NCBI GenBank assembly: GCA_965203095.1
Contig: OZ241877.1
Coordinates: 736,001 to 800,000, forward strand
Origin: Bdellovibrionales bacterium
Lineage (GTDB): Bacteria; Bdellovibrionota; Bdellovibrionia; Bdellovibrionales; UBA1609
Length of the DNA stretch: 64,000 nt
Direction of reading: 5' to 3'
This document shows positions 60,566-64,000 of this stretch, piece by piece. Every line of letters starts with the position of its first letter. Within the stretch, counting starts at the first letter, position 1. Both the position numbers and the translations under genes were made by a program. The notes beneath the pieces are model-generated. The model saw nothing but the letters and a program-made list of their open reading frames with translations, was not told the DNA's origin and made no database searches.

Positions 60566-60671
60566 CATAGCCTAAAGACTGGTTTAGTGAGCAGGGAAAA
60601 GCTTTGTCCGCCTTATTTTATTTGATTCTCTTTTTATGTTGTGATAATTTTCCTGAAAAGGAGGTTTTGCT

Positions 60672-61541
60672 ATGAGATTTTTATTTATTTTCCTTTTTGT
60701 TTGTGCAGTCCCTTTAGCTGAAGCCAAGGTGATGGCTCATTATACTTACTTGAAAGCTAAAAAACCAGTCAAAAAAAGCATTCAATATGAAGAGGTCAAA
60801 AGGGCTTATGAAATCACTAAGGAATCTGTAGCCAACGACCCTGCACCAGAAGTCTTTTTTAAAGAGTATCTCCGGTTCAAAATGGGGGTCGAAGTGGGCT
60901 TAAATGAAAAAAAACTTGTAAAAAGCCCAGATATTGAAAACCAAATTACCGATCCTTACCTTAGAGCGGCCTTTCACGATTCCCTCTACAAGTCTTTAGC
61001 AGAGCTTAAACTTAAAAAATCGATGGAAGGCTTAGATAAACGCTCGGCCAACCTATCCCCTGCCTTTTTAAAAAAACTTTATGCTAAAGAGCCGGAGTTC
61101 AATATTTTTTTTATAGCCATTCAACATCCTATAAATCCCACCGCAAAACAAATTCAAGAGGCCAAAACCCGGGCAAACAAAATTTACTCCAAAGTGATTC
61201 AATCTAAAAAACCTTTTTTAGAGCTTGTAGCCCTTTACTCTGATGATAAAAGCAATGGGGTTTTAGGGATCAATCGTTCGCGAGCTGTGATCTGGCCAGA
61301 GGTTTATCAAAAATTAAAAAGCATGAAAAATAACTCGATCAGTCGCCCCATTCGCTATCCCCATGGCTATATGATTGTTAAACTGAATCAGAAAATCCCT
61401 TTTTCCTCAGCCAATAAGGTGTCCATTAAAGCCAATTACTTTAATAAAGAGCGGGCGGACATATTTAACAAATACTTTGACGGTCTGAAAAAAGATTTCA
61501 AAGTCACTATTGTTAATCGTGCACTCGTTAAAAAGCTTTGA
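60672..61541 (+). CDS. PpiC/parvulin-type peptidyl-prolyl isomerase family protein
   Basis: Signal peptide; FLELVALYSDD, ISRPIRYPHGYMIVKL. Confidence 0.7.
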   Translation: MRFLFIFLFVCAVPLAEAKVMAHYTYLKAKKPVKKSIQYEEVKRAYEITKESVANDPAPEVFFKEYLRFKMGVEVGLNEKKLVKSPDIENQITDPYLRAAFHDSLYKSLAELKLKKSMEGLDKRSANLSPAFLKKLYAKEPEFNIFFIAIQHPINPTAKQIQEAKTRANKIYSKVIQSKKPFLELVALYSDDKSNGVLGINRSRAVIWPEVYQKLKSMKNNSISRPIRYPHGYMIVKLNQKIPFSSANKVSIKANYFNKERADIFNKYFDGLKKDFKVTIVNRALVKKL

Positions 61542-62415
61542 GTGGCTTTGGCTTTTTTGTCTTCTTCTTACTCTAACCTCCTGTGAAAAATTAAGAGGCC
61601 AAGCTACCGTTATAAAAGTAGGGGAACGGGTTTGGAGCTTTCAAGAACTTCAGGATTACACACATTTTAGGTTGAACTTGGATTTTGGGGAGAATCCTGA
61701 TCCGAAAAAGCTCAAAAAACAGATTTTAAATGAAATTATTTTTCGGTCTCTTGTGGAGAATTGGGCTGAAGAAAATAAAAGCCAAAGTCAAAAAAGCTCT
61801 CTAACTGAAGAGGAAAAAAAAAGATTTTCAAGATTCAATCCCTTACGAAAAGCTCTTCAAGATCATAAAAATTATTCTTCCCTTTATCGTGTGTGGTTAA
61901 GGGCTTTTTTAAAAAACATCCCCAGCCCCTCCCTCAAAGAGCAAAAGAGTTTTTATAACCAAAATAAAAGCCGTTTTTTTGAACCGGCCCGTTGCTATTT
62001 AAAACAAATTTTAGTTCGAGAACAACCATTAGCCCAAGCTCTTCACAAAAGATTAAAGCAGGGGGAGGATTTTGATGAGTTGAGCGGGCAGTATTCCCTT
62101 CAAAAAAACCCCGGTTGGGTGGAAAAGGGCTGGCTCAAAGTTTTTGATTCCGCCTGTTTTGAGATAGAAAAGCCTCTCAGCCCTGTTTTAAAAAGCTCTT
62201 ATGGATACCATGTCTTTCTTGTAAAAGGAAAAAAACCCGCCCGGCAAAGGGCTTTTCGCTCAGTTCAACAGGCCATTATTCAAATTTTAAAGGAAAAGCA
62301 GGCCAAAGAGCACTTTCCCGAATGGCTAAAGCAGGAAATTTTTAAAACTCCTGTATTTATTGATAAAAAACTCTTGGATCAGATCCGCATTCAATATAAA
62401 AACAATGAAACATGA
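61510..62415 (+). CDS. PpiC/parvulin-type peptidyl-prolyl isomerase lipoprotein
   Basis: Lipobox LTSC; QILV, GEDFDELS..YS, SPVLKSSYGYHVF. Confidence 0.8.
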   Translation: MLIVHSLKSFEWLWLFCLLLTLTSCEKLRGQATVIKVGERVWSFQELQDYTHFRLNLDFGENPDPKKLKKQILNEIIFRSLVENWAEENKSQSQKSSLTEEEKKRFSRFNPLRKALQDHKNYSSLYRVWLRAFLKNIPSPSLKEQKSFYNQNKSRFFEPARCYLKQILVREQPLAQALHKRLKQGEDFDELSGQYSLQKNPGWVEKGWLKVFDSACFEIEKPLSPVLKSSYGYHVFLVKGKKPARQRAFRSVQQAIIQILKEKQAKEHFPEWLKQEIFKTPVFIDKKLLDQIRIQYKNNET

Positions 62416-63314
62416 AACTTCTCACTTTATTGTTTTTTTGTGCCCCTCTTCAGGCAGAGTTAGTGGAGAGGGTTCAAGCTCATGTTGGAGAAGAGATGAT
62501 CTCTTTAAGAGATCTCAACCAATTTCAAAGGCAGTTAAAGGCGGGCCTTGTTCCCTCTCTCCTCCTTTTAGAGGAAGTTTATGAAAAGCCCCTTCTTCTA
62601 AAAAACAAAACTCAGCTTTTAAATTTTATGATTGATCGCAGTATGCTTTTTCAAATAGCCCAAAAGGAAAAGATAGGGGAAATTTCAAAAAGTGAGTGGG
62701 AGAAAAGGCGAAATCAGCTCCCGGGATCTTCTCGTAAAAACTTTGCTCAAAAATTAAAGTTTGTGGGTTTAAATGAGGCAAAGTTAAAAGAGCAAATACT
62801 CCGTGATTTAAAAATTGAAAGTCTTCTCCGTCAGTTTGTGATCTCAACTATCACTGTTTCTGAACAGGATATAGAGAGCTATCATTTTAATAAATATGGG
62901 CAAGGGCTTTTTAAAAGCTTTATGTATGAGTTTTTATCTCTTTCTTTTTCGGAAAGCCAAAAGCCTCTGGTTTTAAAAAAATTAGAATCCTCTACAACAG
63001 AAGATTTAAACCAGCTGGCTCGCAGTTTGGGATCGGAGACAAAAAGTTGGAAACTGCCAGAAAAAGACATTCATCCTCTTTTTGAAACAGAATTAAAAAA
63101 ACTGTCAGTTTCGCAAATGTCACCCATTATTCTTATGGGAGGAGATTATTATATTCTCCAACTGAAATGGAAACAGGCTCAAATCCAGCCTAAGGATCAA
63201 GAGAAAAAACAGCGAATAGAAAAAGAGTTAACCAAAAAAAAATTAAAAGAAGAGATAAAAAAATGGATAGAGGAAAAACGAACCGGCTTTTCCATAGTCA
63301 TTCATTCCCTTTAA
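62412..63314 (+). CDS. SurA-like periplasmic chaperone
   Basis: ELVERVQAHVGEEMISLRD SurA N-domain pattern; directly upstream of pdxA. Confidence 0.7.
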   Translation: MKLLTLLFFCAPLQAELVERVQAHVGEEMISLRDLNQFQRQLKAGLVPSLLLLEEVYEKPLLLKNKTQLLNFMIDRSMLFQIAQKEKIGEISKSEWEKRRNQLPGSSRKNFAQKLKFVGLNEAKLKEQILRDLKIESLLRQFVISTITVSEQDIESYHFNKYGQGLFKSFMYEFLSLSFSESQKPLVLKKLESSTTEDLNQLARSLGSETKSWKLPEKDIHPLFETELKKLSVSQMSPIILMGGDYYILQLKWKQAQIQPKDQEKKQRIEKELTKKKLKEEIKKWIEEKRTGFSIVIHSL

Positions 63315-64000
63315 AAAATCGCTTGGCTTTGACAACAGGAGAAGGCTTAGGCTTTCATATAGCTTGTCAGGCTTTAAAAAAATTAGGGCCTAAAAAAAAC
63401 ATTCAATTCCTGATATGGACCCATGAAGAGGAATTGAACATTCCCCCTTTTCAAACTTTGGTTTTTAAAAATGCCCGCTCTGCTTTAAAAAGCCCTTTTA
63501 AAGAAGAAGAACTTTTGCAAATCAAAAGCTCTTCAACGGCTATGGATTGGTTAAAAGAGGCCGGGGAGATCTGCCTTAAGAGGGAGGCGAGTGCCTTGCT
63601 CACAGGGCCTATGAGCAAAAAGCCTTTAGGAAGATTTTTAGCTGGTGGGCAAACAGACATTTTAAAAAAGCTTTGCCGGATCAAACAGGCTTTTATGTGT
63701 TTTCGTGGGGCTAATTTTAATGTTATTCTATGGACAGATCATATCCCTTTAAAAAAGATTTCTTTCCCAAAAAAAGATTTTAAGGATTTTTTAGCTTTGT
63801 GCTTGTCGGCCAGAGCTTTATTGCCCAAAGGCCAGCAGGACAAGCCCTTGGGCTTATTAGGTTTAAACCCTCATGCGGGAGAGGGGGGAAGGATGGGGGA
63901 TGAAGAGGAGATGTTTTTAAAGCCGGTTTTAAAACAGTTCTCTTTAAAAAATATTTGTGGGCCTCTTCCGCCAGACACTGCTTTTTTGAAAAAAAATTGG
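63263..64000 (+). CDS. pdxA: 4-hydroxythreonine-4-phosphate dehydrogenase PdxA, runs off the window end (start uncertain)
   Basis: Manual translation: LALTTGEG, LLTGPMSK, WTDHIPL, GLNPHAGEGGRMGDEE, GPLPPDTAF. Confidence 0.88.
   Translation, partial: MDRGKTNRLFHSHSFPLKNRLALTTGEGLGFHIACQALKKLGPKKNIQFLIWTHEEELNIPPFQTLVFKNARSALKSPFKEEELLQIKSSSTAMDWLKEAGEICLKREASALLTGPMSKKPLGRFLAGGQTDILKKLCRIKQAFMCFRGANFNVILWTDHIPLKKISFPKKDFKDFLALCLSARALLPKGQQDKPLGLLGLNPHAGEGGRMGDEEEMFLKPVLKQFSLKNICGPLPPDTAFLKKNW

Overview
AT-rich bacterial chromosome segment. Gene content and order (bactofilin-atpF'F-H-A-G-D-C, membrane-arm-only nuoA/H/J-N, Flp pilin cluster, PpiC-PpiC-SurA-pdxA) suggest a Bdellovibrionota/Oligoflexia-like organism; this is an inference. 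Housekeeping blocks flank a roughly 24 kb accessory/defence region (about 10.0-33.7 kb). Its centrepiece is a type V CRISPR-Cas locus with two tandem large RuvC effectors: a Cas12a (17871-22079) and an enlarged 1436-aa Cas12a2/Cms1-clade protein (22111-26421) with an extra CxxC-x15-CxxC motif. These are followed by an antisense hicB-hicA toxin-antitoxin pair, cas4-cas1-cas2 and one shared array of 9 identical 36-bp repeats, whose trailer end is cut by a 412-bp duplication. Both effector genes and one other gene carry in-frame insertions of a host palindromic element (GTCATTCCCGCGAAAGCGGGAATCC). The window also has a type II R-M pair, an orphan double adenine MTase, two Fic genes and three AAA-DUF4143-type ATPases, each with its own repeated or palindromic upstream motif (including a 70-bp x6.5 tandem array), a eukaryote-type AdoMetDC, and a large metalloprotease pseudogene broken only by in-frame stops. 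All family assignments come from motif recognition; no searches were run.
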